Assembly: GCA_038087875.1 (NCBI GenBank)
Contig: JAXLNO010003607.1
Coordinates: 1-64,000, forward strand
Reading direction: 5' to 3'
DNA length: 64,000 nt
Origin: Malacoraja senta
Lineage: Eukaryota
Shown: piece after piece, positions 49,646-63,830 of the stretch
Layout: each line of letters opens with the position of its first letter
Position numbering within the stretch: the stretch's first letter is position 1
The notes under the pieces: generated by a model
Told to the model about the DNA's origin: nothing
Databases searched by the model: none
What the model saw: only the letters and a program-made list of their open reading frames with translations
Program-made: the position numbers and the translations under genes

Positions 49646-51078
49646 AGAGATAATGTTGAAACTATTGAGCTCAAAGATAACTGTCCTTCACCTTTCATGT
49701 GAAACACAACAGAATGATTTCTGTCCAGAGTAAGGGGGTAAAAGCCACAATGGCTGATGTTATACTCTGTGTCGGTATCTTTAGGGCATCAGGAGGTGCC
49801 CTTTAGTCATGGCCTGTGTCTGGTCTGGTCAGTGCAGGTTGGTTCATTCCCGAGCTGGTCTTGTTTCTGTGTCGTTATATCAGCCTGTGTTCTCAGAGAG
49901 ACAGTGGAGTCTGATTAGTGTGGGAGCTATGTCCAGTGTAACCGTAATCCGTTATAAAGAGGAGCGTAATAACACGGATGGACTGTAATTATGTATAATG
50001 TTATCTGAATTGATTAGACCGCATGCAAAACAAAATGTTTCATTGTACCTCGGTAGACATGAAAATAATAAACCTAAACCTAAATGTACCGTGTGATGTA
50101 CAAAAGATGCCAGCTTCACTTTGGCACCTCTGTACACATACACATAGTTCCAGGCCACATTCACAATCTACTGACTTCCCTATTTCTCAAAGTGTTCTTC
50201 TGCTTTTATTAGTTATCCAATATTATCTGGGACCTTTGAAATGTTACATAACCAACTGAGGCACAACCATTGCAACTTATTAACGCCCAAATAATCCCAC
50301 TGATATTGTTTGTTGAAGTGGTTTTATATTTAATGTGCAATTCTGATTTTTTAAGGCAGGCAAGTGGTTACTTCCATTCAATTAATGGTAATCACTCAAA
50401 TGGAACCAACTGCTCTTTTTACAGCCTGTACTTATTGTTTATAATAGGCTAAGGTTCTACAGAAGTCTGCATTTATGGAGCAATTGGTTTGAAAGGACAT
50501 CTGGAAGCTTTATAATAATTTGAAGTTGGCAGGCGATTCAGAGGTTGTTATTTTGAATATTTCTCATCAGCATTAGAAACTCCGAGCTGTGGTCGCGAGC
50601 GGATTTTTTTTTCCCACGTCACCTGTAAAGCCTTGGAACAATTACAGTCCTCAGTAGAGTTTGATGAACAGCCAGGCAAAAACCCTTGGCTCAATAAATG
50701 CGTTCCGATTTTATGTACATTTTGAAGATTGTTTTCCTAAATATTCTCATTTAATAAAACTTGCGAAAAGCGGTAAAAAAGAACGGAAAATGGTGCAAAC
50801 TCTCAGCAGGTCAGATAGAACCTGTGGAGAGATAAACTGAGTCAATGTTTCAGGTTAAAGGTGAAAATTGGTGAAATGATCTGCCATCTAAAATGGTAAC
50901 TGTTTTTTTTCTCTACAGTCGCTGCCTGTCCTGAGTATTTTGAACATTTTCTATTTGTATTTTAGATTACAAGCATCTGTAGATTTTTGAATTTCATTTA
51001 CCAAAGAAATGATAATTCTGGTTATGATTTAGCAACAATGTTAAATTGTTTCATGGTTTGAAACAATACACTGAACTT

Positions 51079-51370
51079 AGAAACATAGAAAATAGGTGCA
51101 GGAGTAGGCCATTCGGCCCTTCGAGCCTGCACCGCCATTCAATATGATCATGGCTGATCATCCAACTCAGTATCCTGTACCTGCCTTCTTTCCATACCCC
51201 CTGATCCCTTTAGCCACAAGGGCCACATCTAACTCCCTCTTAAATATAGCCAATGAACTGGCCTCAACTACCTTCTGTGGCAGAGAATTCCACAGATTCA
51301 CCACTCTCTGTGTAAAAAATGATTTTCTCATCTCGGTCCTAAAAGGCTTCCCCTTTATCCTTAAACTTGT
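51079..51370 (-). mobile_element. Young CR1 3' end
   Basis: ORF 51167-51403: RIKGKPFRTEMRK.FFTQRVVNLWN. Confidence 0.88.
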
Positions 51371-54300
51371 GCCGTACATTCTAATCCCCCTCACTTTGAT
51401 CATAAGACTGACTAAATTGTGACTAACCTCAAATTGTGATCACTTATTTCTGATCAGTCGAGATTTTAAAGAGATTTGTTAACTTAAACACGTTCACTTT
51501 CACGGCACAATAACATAGAACAACACAGCACAGAAATAGTTCCTTTGGCCCACAGTGTCAGTGCCAAACATAATGCCAGGTTAAAATAATCTCTTAGTTT
51601 GGTTTAGTTTAGTTTATTATGGTCACTTGTACAAAGCACAGTGAAAAGCTTTTGATAGGTGCTTAAGGAAGGAAGAAACTATACATGTTTACAAGCAAGC
51701 CGTCAACAGTGCACAGATAAATGACAAAGGGTACAACGTTTCGTGCAAGATAAAGTTCGATAAAGTCCGATTAGAGATAGTTCAAACGTCTCCAATTATG
51801 TAGATAGGTCAGGAGGTCAGGCCTGATGACAACTGGGAAGAAACTGTCTCTGAATCTGGAGGTGTGCTTTTTCAAACTTCTGTACCTCTTGCCTGATGGC
51901 AGAGGGGAGAAGAGGGAGTGACTCACCGTTGATTATACTGGTGGCCTTGCTGAAGCAGTGTGGTGTAGATGGAGTCAATGGGAGGGATGATAGTTTGTGT
52001 GATGGTCTGGGCTAGATTCAGAACTCTCTACAATTTCATGCGGTCTTGAATGGAGCTGTTCCCAAACCATGTTGTGATGCATCCCGATAAAATGCTTTCT
52101 GTGGCACAGGATCCATATCCCTCCCTCCCTTACATAGCCATATGCCTCTTAAACGTCACTCTCGTACCTGCTTCCACCATCACCCTTGGTTCTCAACTCT
52201 CACCAAACTCTGTGTAAAAACTTGCCCTGCACATCTTTAAACTTTGTCCCTCGCACCTCAAAGCTATGCCCTCTAGTCTTGCACAGTCCACCCTGGGAGA
52301 AACAAGTTCTGACTGTCTACTCTATCTATATGTATCATAACGTGAATGTGGTGCAGGGAGTTACAGGTATGTGATATAACATGGTGTGATCATGGAAGCA
52401 GTGGTCATTTGGCTTGCTGGCAGATACATTGGCATACTCACGATGGCAGTGTTTCCCCAACAAATCACAAGCTGAGCCAAACCTGTCAGCGGTTCATGTG
52501 GGATCACTGACATAATCCCTGTTTTATTTTCAAAACAGCTGCCTTAAGAACGATGTAATTGCAATAACAATCACAGTCAGCAAAGTCTTAAAGTCCATAT
52601 TAGTCAAATGGATGGTTGTGATCAGACTAGTTGATAGAAGCAATACTATCCCATTGATTAATACCAGAAACAGGCCCTTCAGCCCAACTTGTCCATTCTG
52701 ACCAAGATGCCCCATCTAAGCCTGTCCCATTAGCCTGCGTTTGGCCAATATCTCTCTAAACCTTTCTTATCTATGTACCTGTCCAAATGTGTTTTAAATG
52801 TTGTTTTATGCCTGCCTCAACTACCTCTTCTGGCAGCTCATTCCATATACCCACCACTCTGTGTGTGAAAAAGTTGTCCCTCAGGCTACTATTAAATCTT
52901 TCCCCTCTCACCGTAAACCTATTTTCTCTGGTTCTTGATATGTGCATTCACCTATCTTCCACTCATGACTTTATACACCTCTATAAGATCATCCCTCAGC
53001 CTCATGTGTTCCAAGAAATAAAGTCCGAGTCTCTCTCAACAGCTGAAGCCATCACACTGATATACAGAATCTATGTAAATCTTCTCTGCATTCTTCTCAC
53101 TTACGCCATCTTTCCCATAGTGAGGTGACTAAAACGGAACACAATACTCCAAATGTGGACTCACCTTCACATGAACCTCTGGCTCACCTAGAAGGACTGC
53201 TGGGGTCCTTGGATGGAGGTGAGGGAGGAGGTATATGGACAGGTGTTGCATCTCCTGCGGTTGCAGGGGAAAGTATCTAAGGAGTGCATGGTTTGTACGG
53301 GAAGGCATGAGTGAACTAAAGAGTTGTCTCTGCAGAAGGTGGGAAGGATGGAGGTGGGAAGATGTGATTTGTTGGAGGTGATGGAAATGTCAGAGGATGA
53401 TGTGCAGTGGATGATACTTGGGGAGACTTACTTCATCTGGTGCCAAATGCTGAAGGGGAATGGATGGGAGAGCGTCTGTTCTGAAGTAAGGCAGCACATC
53501 AGGAAAATGTTAAAATGTGAATAATGAGAAAGATGGAAATGATGTGTCCCACAACTCAGATCAGGCCGTGATATCCCATCAAATGGACCAGTCAGTCCAC
53601 TGGTTCATGTGGGATTGCAGCCCCATCTCCATCATTCCCCATCAGCCTATGCCTCTCTCTCTCCCTCTCCTTTCCAATTTTTGCACCTATTCCTCAGACA
53701 CATCGACTTTCTGCCGCGATCGCTCCTCACTGTGAGCTTCATCTCGGTGAAGCCCTTTCTCCTGACGTTGGAAGTAAGAGTGAGAGACTCATAGAGCTGT
53801 ACAGCATGGAAACAGGCCCTTTGGCCCATCATGTCTATGCCAAACAAGTTGGCATACTGGGCTAGTCCCATTTGCCGACATTTGGGCCGTTGTCCTCTGA
53901 ACCATCCTGTACATCTATCTATCCCAATGTTCCTACATAGTTGAGAGGATTGTTTTACTGGTCATGTGCCAAACACCAAAGTGTGGATACAAGTCAGGGA
54001 TTGGGCAGAACAAGTGACTGTCCTTTATACAATTCTTCTAACTCATTTCTGGGACTTCTGTGATATCCTCCATATCTCACAGGGCCAGCATCTGTTCATG
54101 CTAGGTTATCCCCTCATTATTCATACATCAGTTACTGTGGGTCTATGACTAGGTGAAACATTGTCCACCAGACTAGGTGAAACATTGTCCACCAGGCTTC
54201 AGCATTAGAGTGGCATCGAACCCTGGCAACCTACCTGTCCAGGTGATGGAGAAGAAGGCACAACCTAGCAAACTACCTGCATGAGCGAGGAATACAATTT

Positions 54301-54834
54301 GTAGATGAAAGGTCACCATTACTAAATCTATTTACTCCACAGATGCTGCCTGACCTCTTGGGTATTTTCTGTCAATTTCCTGTTGCTATTTATGTTTGTG
54401 GATTAAATTGTCTATAATTGATGTCTGTGAACACACACGCACACACACGCGCGTGTTCTGAGCAAGATGGTGAGGTGGACCATGAAAGGTATCCATTCAG
54501 GCTTTGAAATCTTGTGACATTTGTTTTTTATGATCTCATACTGCTGTTGGCATAAATTCTGAATGGTATCCATTTAAGATTCAAAAACAGCCTGTAATGA
54601 TATTTCACAGCACATGTGTAACTTGCTGGCCAGATGATGCAAGTCACAGCAAATACATCGGATATTTTCAGTAAACAGGATTTGTGCTAGAAATCAATTG
54701 TCCCCATTTGTTCTGCAGTAGATGCGGCATTCTACCAGTGGTCAGCTTGCACTGATGCCTGCCACTGAGCTCCTGGTAATGTTGATGGAGACAAAGTACA
54801 TTCATTAAAGTGAACTAGGACAACTGGGAATTAA

Positions 54835-55050
54835 GATGTGTAGGAAGGAACTGCAGTTGCTGGTTTAAACCAAAGATAGACACAAAAAGCTGGAGGAACT
54901 CAGCGGGTCAGGCAGCACCTCTGGAGAAAAGGAATAGGTGACGTTTCAGGTCGAGACCCTTCTTCTGAAGAAGACCCAAAACGTCACCTATTCCGTTCCT
55001 CCAGAGATGTTGTCTGACTCACTGAGTTACTCTAGCTTTTTGTGTCTACC
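54835..55050. repeat. Palindromic Penelope-type repeat
   Basis: The two halves are reverse complements around cttcttctgaagaag. Confidence 0.75.
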
Positions 55051-56334
55051 AACTGGCAATGAAAGTTTTGATGAGCTCTCCTGAGGAGGTGACTCAGGAA
55101 CCAAGGTCTCACGCACACAGGGATCAAACCCCTCACCAGACACTTCAGTTCTACACTCTAGGGGGGGGGGGGGGTCCAGTCTGCACTGACAGAGCGCATG
55201 CGGCATGATCACAAGAGCTGCCTTTCACCTCTTGCTTTCTCTCTCAGGTGGATGTAAATCGTCCCGTGGTTTTAAATTGAAGAAGAGCAGAGAGGTTTAC
55301 CCAATGGCCAATAATTTAATTTACAGCATTGTGTCAGCATCTTGAAAAGCAGCACTAACACTTAAAGTGAAAACCAAATTTCCAAAGTACTCCAGAACTT
55401 CCTATGTGCTCTAATAGGCCTCTAAAATATGAGAAAGGTATTTCTTTTTTGTAGTGCGCTATTGTATTTTCTTTCGTGTCCTTATAATTTACAAACAAAA
55501 TTCAAATTACCCAAGTTAGTGGCACATGGAACGAGCTGACAGAGGAAGTGGCTGAGGCACTTGAGCAGGTACATGGATAGGGCAGGAATAGAAGGATATG
55601 GGCCAAACGCAGGCTAATTAGGTCTAATTAGCCGAGAGTGTCCTGTTCGGCATGGATGAGTTGGGCTGAAAGCCTGGATGAGTTGGGCTGAAAGCCTGTT
55701 TCCGTGCAGTGTTCAGTATACTGAGAGACATTGGTATTGTAGATGCAGAGAACAACCTTTCCCCAAACTGGAGACTTGGAGACATGGGCCAAAGTCCAGG
55801 GTAGGAGGGGTGCCACTTAGAGTAGAGATGAGGAGAGATCACTTTGAAGGGGCTCTATCCAATGGCTAGGTCCAGCATTAACTCTGTTGCCCTACTGAAG
55901 CCCATTATCTAATATGCCCCGTAAACCATTTTGAATGGTGGTGTCCTGCCACTCTCGATGCTCGGGCATTGTTCCACCACAGTCACTGTGCTGTACAATG
56001 ACACCACTCTATTTCACACATGAACATGCAGATGCTCAAATTGGCAACAAGATGATGGTCGACCCACTAGAACCTCAGCTTGCCATTCCCGTCCACTTCT
56101 GGTCACACCTTGCTTACCCAGTCTGAAGAAGGGTCCCAACCCGAAACGTCACCTATCCATGCTCACCACAGATGCTGCCTGACCCGCTGAGTTACTCCGG
56201 CACTTTGTGTATTTTTTTGCTTATTCAGGATCTCTTAAACTATTCAAAGGCTCTGCTTCTGCCGCGTTTTGGGGACCAAAACGCTATCCAGACCCAGAGC
56301 GCAGTCTGCAGTACTGACTCGGCTCACCCTCCCT

Positions 56335-56462
56335 ACACACATCCCCACACACACACCCACACACATCCCCACCCCACACACATCCCCACACACATCCCCA
56401 CCCCACACACATCCCCACACACACACCCACACACATCCCCACACACATCCCCACACACATCA
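56335..56462. repeat. (CACACATCCC)-type minisatellite
   Basis: Direct reading. Confidence 0.85.
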
Positions 56463-57962
56463 CCCCTCGCTGTCTTTCAAAGGCATGGGCTTGTCCACAG
56501 CTGAAAGATACTGACCCCCCCCCCCAACCCCTAAACATCCCAGCATGTTGGTCAGCATTTCCATGCTGCAGACTGGGTCTTGATGAAAAGATAAAATAAA
56601 TTAAATTAAGCAATAACTAAACAGCCAGCGATCTGGATCATATTAAATGTTTGTAATGTACCCAAAGACAATTGACGTGAGTTAATTGGCTGGAACAGAT
56701 GTAAGAGTTGAGTAGCCCATGGCATCTGTACTGACTCTGTTCAGTTTTAGCATCATTCACAACTTAAACATATTAAAAATGGTTTAATTCTGGTAGTAAA
56801 GTTGCAGACACAATTCTCGTCCCTTCTCTGTGTGGCAGTGATCTCACTTGGCAATCAGAAAGTGCAGTCCCTGTCCCGGGGCATTGTACAGGCCGAGACT
56901 CATCAGCCTGCCTCTGTGTGAAAGGCTAGTCCTTCCTCGCACTTGCTCTCTCCCCACACAGCCTTGCCTTTCCCCACCGCTAACAAGCTACTCAACCATC
57001 CCATAGACACAATATGCTGGAGTAACTCAGTGGGTCAGGCAGCAGACAAGGAATGGGTGACGTTTCAGTTTGAGACCCTTCTTCAGACTGACATTGTGGG
57101 TAGAGGGAAACAAGATATAGCAGTTTAGAGCTACTATCTACCTGACCCTACAACTATCTTTAATCGAACTTCACTGGACTTTATCTTGCACTGAACATTA
57201 TTCCCTTTATCCTGTATCTGTACACTGTGGATGGCTTGATTGTAATCATGTATAGTCTTTCCGCTGACTGGATAGCACGCAACAAAAGCTTTTCACTGTA
57301 CCTCGGTACCTGTGACAATAAACTAAACTAAACTACACTGAATTAACAATAATCTCCTTATCCAGACTCCTTAATTCAAATATCATTGATAGCCTTGGAA
57401 GGATTCCACCAGAGTTCTGTTTCTATTTACCGATGTTCTAGCTGTTTCTTTCAGAGTGGAGTGTTTAATTGTTGTGTTCTCGGCAACGGAACAATGAAAT
57501 TCTTACTTGCTGCAGCTTTACAAGCCATTTAACACGATAAAAGGGAATCATTTTACTCCAGGGTGGCTGGAATCTGGAACAATGCTACTGTAACGTCACC
57601 ACACTATTGCAACAATCCCTGCACCATTGCAACATACTTTATACCATTGCAACAATCCCAGCACCATTGCAACAGGCTCAACTTTGATGCAACAGGGTTT
57701 ACACCATTGTAACAGTGTCTGCACCACTGCAGCAGTGTCTACACATTGCCACGGTTTCTATCACCCACACCACTGCCTATGTTACCTGCAATACTGCAGC
57801 AGCATTATCGGGCTACAACTGTGCTTACACCATGACAATACTGCAACAGTCCCTGGACTTACTATACCGCCCACACCGCTCTGCGACGCACAGTGGAAAT
57901 GTGTCCTTCCCTGGGATTTGTGTGTTTCCAGAGGAGTTTGTACATGGATGTGTGTGTCAGTT

Positions 57963-58020
57963 AGTGAGTGAGTGAGTGAGTGAGTGAGTGAGTGAGTGAG
58001 TGAGTGAGTGAGTGAGTGTG
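57963..58020. repeat. (GAGT)n microsatellite
   Basis: About 14 perfect units. Confidence 0.95.
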
Positions 58021-58059
58021 ATTGCTCCTTCTGTCAGTGAACAAATGAACAACAAGGAA

Positions 58060-59218
58060 TAGAAACATAGAAAATAGGTACAGGAGTAGGCCATTCGGCC
58101 CTTCGAGCCTGAACCGCCATTCAATATGATCATGGCTGATCATCCAACTCAGTATCCTGTAGCTGCCTTCTCTCCATACCCCCTGATCCCTTTGGCCACA
58201 AGGGCCACATCTAACTCCCTCTTAAATATAGTCAATGAACTGGCCTCAACTACTTTCTGTGGCAGAGAATTCCAGAGATTCACCACTCTCTGTGTGAAAA
58301 AATATTTTCTCATCTCGGTCCTAAAAGACTTCCCCCTTATCCTTAAACTGTGACCCCTTGTTCTGGACTTCCCCAACATCGGGAACAATCTTCTTGCATC
58401 TAGCCTGTCCAACCCCTTAAGAATTGTGTACGTTTCTATAAGGTCCCCCCTCAATCTTCTAAATTCTAGCGAGTACAAGCCGAGTCTATCCAGTCTTTCT
58501 TCATATGAAAGTCCTGCCATCCCAGGAATCAGTCTGGTGAACCTTCTCTGTACTCCCTCTATGGCAAGAATGTCTTTCCTCAGATTAGGAGACCAAAACT
58601 GTACGCAATACTCCAGGTGTGTTCTCACCAAGGCCCTGTACAACTGCAGTAGAACCTCCCTGCTCCTATACTCAAATCCTTTTGCTATGAATGCTAACAT
58701 ACCATTCGCTTTCTTCACTGCCTGCTGCACCTGCATGCCTACTTTCAATGACTGGTGTACCATGACACCCAGGTCTCGTTGCATCTCCCCTTTTCCTAAT
58801 CGGCCACCATTCAGATAATAGTCTACTTTCCTGTTCTTGCCACCAAAGTGGATAACCTCACATTTATCCACATTATACGGCATCTGCCATGCATTTGCCC
58901 ACACCCAATCTATCCAAGTCACCTTGCAGCCTCCTAGCATCCCCCTCACAGCTAACACTGCCCCCCAGCTTCGTGTCATCCGCAAACTTGGAGATGTTGC
59001 ATTCAATTCTCTCGTCCAAATCATTAATATATATTGTAAATAGCTGGGGTCCCAGCACTGAGCCTTGCGGTACCCCACTAGTCACTGCCTGCCATTGTGA
59101 AAAGGACCCGTTTACTCCTACTCTTTGCTTCCTGTCTGCCAGCCAGTTCTCTATCCACATCAATACTGAACCCCCAATACCGTGTGCTTTAAGTTTGCAT
59201 ACTAATCTCTTATGTGGA
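58060..59218 (-). mobile_element. Young 5'-truncated CR1 (RT C-terminal half + 3' UTR)
   Basis: [10 protein letters not shown] and FADDTK through GYGEKAATGY; one frameshift near 58905; (CTATGTTT) tail. Confidence 0.92.
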
Positions 59219-62200
59219 ATGTTTTGCCATCAAATTAACTTTGACAAATATTCTGTTTATATCTGCCCCTGTAGGCAAGTTGGGTCAGAGATTCAGAGGC
59301 AGAAAGGCCATGGTCTTCTGTGCATTCATTGCTGATCTGCTGAAGGGGATAGTCGGCTGGCAACACTGGGCTGATGTGGAAAACACCAACGAGTTTAATG
59401 TAGGAACAGCAGGTCTTTGTATGGCTACGATAGGTTGTTTATCTAAAACTGTTACCCGTGACATTTGCTACATCAGTTAATTGCTATCATGGGATATTAT
59501 CACATTAGCTCTTTATTTTCATAATCCAGAGAAGAATAACAGCGCCTTGGTGGCAAAGAACTCAAGATGTGTTTAGCACAACTCTCAGTACATGGCCAAG
59601 ATTCCTCATCGAAACTTCTACTCATGAACTAAAATCCTCTCTCAGAAGAAATCCCGCATTTATTGGCATGGGAAGCCACAGAGAAGGCCGTTCCTCACAT
59701 TTGTTCTGACCTGAAATGTCCTCCATGGATGCTGCATGATGCACTGAGTTACTCCAGCACTTTGTGTTTCACTCAAGATTCCAACATCCAACATTCCAGC
59801 ATCTGCAGTTCCTCGTATCTGCACGTTCTATTCCTTCTGGGAATTACGTTCCATTCCTTTTCCATCTCCATGTCATAATCAATAAGTATTGGTATTGGTT
59901 CTTGTCATGTGTACTGAGACACAGTGAAAAGCCTCCTTTGTGCTGTCTGGTCAAATCATACTACATGGGTATGTACTACATACTACATGGGTTCTACATA
60001 CTACATGGGTATGATTATGCCGTACCCCAGTACAACAATTAGTGCAGGTAAGATCTCTCAGGACCATCTTCTGTAGTTTGCAGGTATCTCCTTACCTTGT
60101 GTTGAGTCCCTCTCCCACCTCTCCCCCACCGTGGCTGCTCAGTGCAATAACAACTATTGTTCCTCGCTTAAATAACATTTTGACAGATAGGTAGGCAGGA
60201 AAAGTTTAGAGGGATATGAGTCAGATGCAGGCAAATGGGACGAGCGTAGATGGTCGGCATGGACGAGTTGGGCCGAAGGGCCTGATTGTGTGCTGTATAA
60301 GTCTATGACTCCATGACATTAATTTGAGACAAAGCAGCAGCAAAGCTCCAGCCCAGTGAGCTGTTTGTCTGCTGCAGATTCTACAGTTTGCTGAATCTTC
60401 ACTCTTCAAAGACAGCCGCTCTGGTTCCTTATCCCCGCCGAGCAGCTATCTGTGTCTGCGCTTCAGACTCCAAACCCGGCAGCTTTCTTGTGGTTTTAAC
60501 TGACTCCCTTTGAAACAGAGACATAAGGTCACTCTCATGATTGAGAATTGGAAAAATGTAGTCCGGCTCCAAAGTAATTTTAATAATAATGAAAGAGCAG
60601 TAAAAGGAATTACCTTTTTAGTTCTGCTTCTTAGGTCTGGTTTTATTTAAAAACTGATACATAAATCGGCAAGAAGCATTGGAAGAGACTGATGGATGAT
60701 GTACAATTGGGACTGCGGATTAGTGCTCTGAAACCCCCTTTGACTTTTAACTTATGTTTCTCATTGGTGACTTTGGCAGTTCCTTTGAATGCACCTGGGC
60801 TTTGCAACAGGGAAATAACACAAACTGCTTGATGAGAAGCTAAGAGTTTTGGGTGGTGCCTTTACAGTCACAAGAGAATGAAAAGTGAAAGCCTCTGGAA
60901 TATGGCAGTCTTGTCTGTAGGTGAGAGAGTATGGACATGTGTAATGGGAACATTCTGTAACTGGGAATCTACAAAGTCCAAAGGCACTTAGACTCAATCC
61001 TTCTCTTTTCCTTTTCAAAGTGTTGCTGCATTTACATTGAGAACCAAGCTGCGATTGCCTATGACTCACTAGGTCAACATGTCAGCTAAATGCCTCTGAG
61101 AGACATGGTCTGGTCAGGTAGGAGCTGCTTGCCTTTAGGATCATGGCAGTCCTTGAGGGTGGTGAACATTGAAACCGCTTTGAAACATGAAGCTGTGGGG
61201 TGACCCTGCGGAGTTGTACAAGACCGTGTGATAACCCAGAGTAGAGGATTCCAAAACCAGAGGATGCAGGCTTAACGTGAGAGGGGAAAGATTTAAGAGA
61301 GACCCCAGAGACAATTTCTTCATTCAGAGGGTAGTCCACACCTGAAATGAGCTGCCATTGGAAGCTGTAGAGGCAGATCCAATTACAATGTTCAGAAGGC
61401 ATTTGGACAGACAGATGAATAGGGAGGGTTTAGAGGGATGTGGGCCAAATGCAGGCACAGGCTAAACGTGCTTGTGCTTGACGGTTGGTACAAACTCGTT
61501 GGGCCAAAGGGACTATTTGCAAGCAGCATCCTTCTATTCACCATGACTTGCAGAAGAAAAGTTTCCAAACATTAAGTTGCTTCACCCTTTGACAGATGAC
61601 AGGCATCCATTGGTAGGCAGGTGTGGATTATATATGAGGGTTCCACTGATGTTTAGTTTACTTTACTTTACTTTAGTTTATTATTGTCACATGTACCTAG
61701 GTACGGTGAAAAGCTTTTTTGTTACATGCTACATGCTGGGACACAGTGCATCATGGGATGCAGCACCCAGTGAGAATGGAGTGCAGTCCTCTTTGTAGAA
61801 CAACGTAAGACCTGGAATATACTCCCTGTGCATTCAGTAGCAGCTTTCAAAAAGGGAATTGGATACATCACAAAGGGAGAATGTTTGCAGTCATGCTGGG
61901 GAATGAGCAGGGTACAGGCATTGATGGGAGAGAATGAATGGTAGACGTGCTGGTTCCCTGGCTGTGCTGTAAGATACCATTCCCCACCCCATCACTGTTC
62001 TATTCCCCTCCATTCCCCATCCTGTCACTGTTCCACTGTGCGTATGTGTTCAGTGCAGGATTGCTTGTCTTTTTAATTACAAAAGACAACTTTGAATCAT
62101 CAAGATAATTAGCCACACAATCTTCCCATTCCAACATCAAACCTTTAATCTTTTCTGCTCCCAGACTCAAGGCAGCATCTCCTCCCAGCAAACAGTCACA

Positions 62201-63045
62201 AGGTTCCAGCTGCAGGGTGACGTGGAGGTAGATAGAGAGAAGGAGGGGGAGGTTTCCCAGTTCGCAGCTGTGTGACTGAGATCTCCCAGCCAGGGTGTGA
62301 CATGTTCGCAGATGAACATTAACATCACAGCAGTAAACCGTGCAAGAGTCAGTAACCGGTGGTGGCACTGACTATTGGAACTTCATTCAACCCTTCAAAC
62401 CCCAGAGCTGAATAAACCTCTGTACAATAATTGCAATTTGCTATTGTGATCTGATTTGCTACTTGCCAACAATTGAATGGAATGTAGAAGTCGAGACATT
62501 ATGTACAAGATGCAGGTGGGGCCGCACATGGAGTATTGTGTTCAGTTTTGTTCACCCTGCTATAGGAAAGAAGCCACTAAGCTGGAAAGAGTGCAGAGAA
62601 GATTTACAAGGATGGTGCCAGGTCTCAAGGGCCTGAGCTATAGGGAGAAGTCGGGCAGGCTAGGACTGCACGGCATGGAGTGCAGGAGGCTTAGGGATGA
62701 TCTTACAGAGATATATAAAGTTGGGAGGGGAATAGGTAGGGTGTCTTTTATCCAGTCTAAAGAATCAAGAACCAGAGGGCTTCTCTCCAGAGATGCTGCC
62801 TATTCCTGTTGAGTTACACCAACATTTTGTGTCTATCTTCGGTTTAAACCAGCATTTGCAGTTCCTTCCTACACAAGAACCAGAGGGCACAAGTTTAAGA
62901 AGAGAGAGAGCAATGATTTAATAGGAACCTGAGGGACACGTTTTTTACACAGAGGTTGGTGGGTGTATGGAACGAGCTGCCAGAGGAAGTAGTTGAGGCA
63001 GGTATAATAACATTTAATAGACACTTGGACAGGAACATGTAGAGG

Positions 63046-63227
63046 GAAGGTACACAAAAATGCTGGAGAAACTCAGCGGGTGCAGCAGCATCTATGGAGC
63101 GAAGGAAATAGGCAACGTTTCGGGCCGAAACCCTTCTTCAGACTTCGGCCCGAAACGTTGCCTATTTCTTTCGCTCCATAGATGCTGCTGCACCCGCTGA
63201 GTTTCTCCAGCATTTTTGTGTACCTTC
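63046..63227. repeat. Near-perfect palindrome (84-bp arms, 14-nt spacer) of a Penelope-type repeat
   Basis: 63046-63129 is the reverse complement of 63144-63227 with one mismatch seen. It sits inside a CR1 fragment. Confidence 0.9.
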
Positions 63228-63647
63228 GATTTTCCAGCATCTGCAGTTCCTTCTTTAACACAAGGTTTAGAGGGATATGGGCCATGCGCGGCAGGTGAGA
63301 CTAGCATAGATGGGGCATCTTGGTTGGCTTTTTGGTGGGCCGAAGGGCCTGTTTCCTGAATGACCTGCAGGATATTTCTTTGTAACGCTGCAGTACTGAT
63401 GTCAGAAATAGCCCCCCATCTATCACCCCCCGTGCTGTAGCAAACCAAACTAAAGGGGGTCCACTGTTCACAAGATTACCCACCACTCAACCCAACCCCA
63501 GCCTCAACCATTCCTTTCATATATTGATATTGTAACAAAAAATGAGCTCCGATCCAGCATTTGTTTACCAGAACTCCAACAGGGTGTTTACAAAGAATTT
63601 TACCATCACATATTATCACTGGTGAAGTCTGGAATAACTTCCAAGAA

Positions 63648-63830
63648 TAGACACAAAAAGCTGGAGTAACTCAGCGGGTCAGGCAGCATCTCTGGAGAAA
63701 GGGAACTGGTGATGTATCGAGTCAAGACCCTTCTTCAGACTGAAGAAGGATCTCGACCCGAAACTTCACCTATTCCTTTTCTTCAGAGATGCTGCCTGAC
63801 CCGCTGAGTTATTCCAGCATTTTGTGTGTA
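63648..63830. repeat. Palindromic Penelope-type repeat
   Basis: Arms meet at cttcttcagactgaagaag. Confidence 0.8.
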
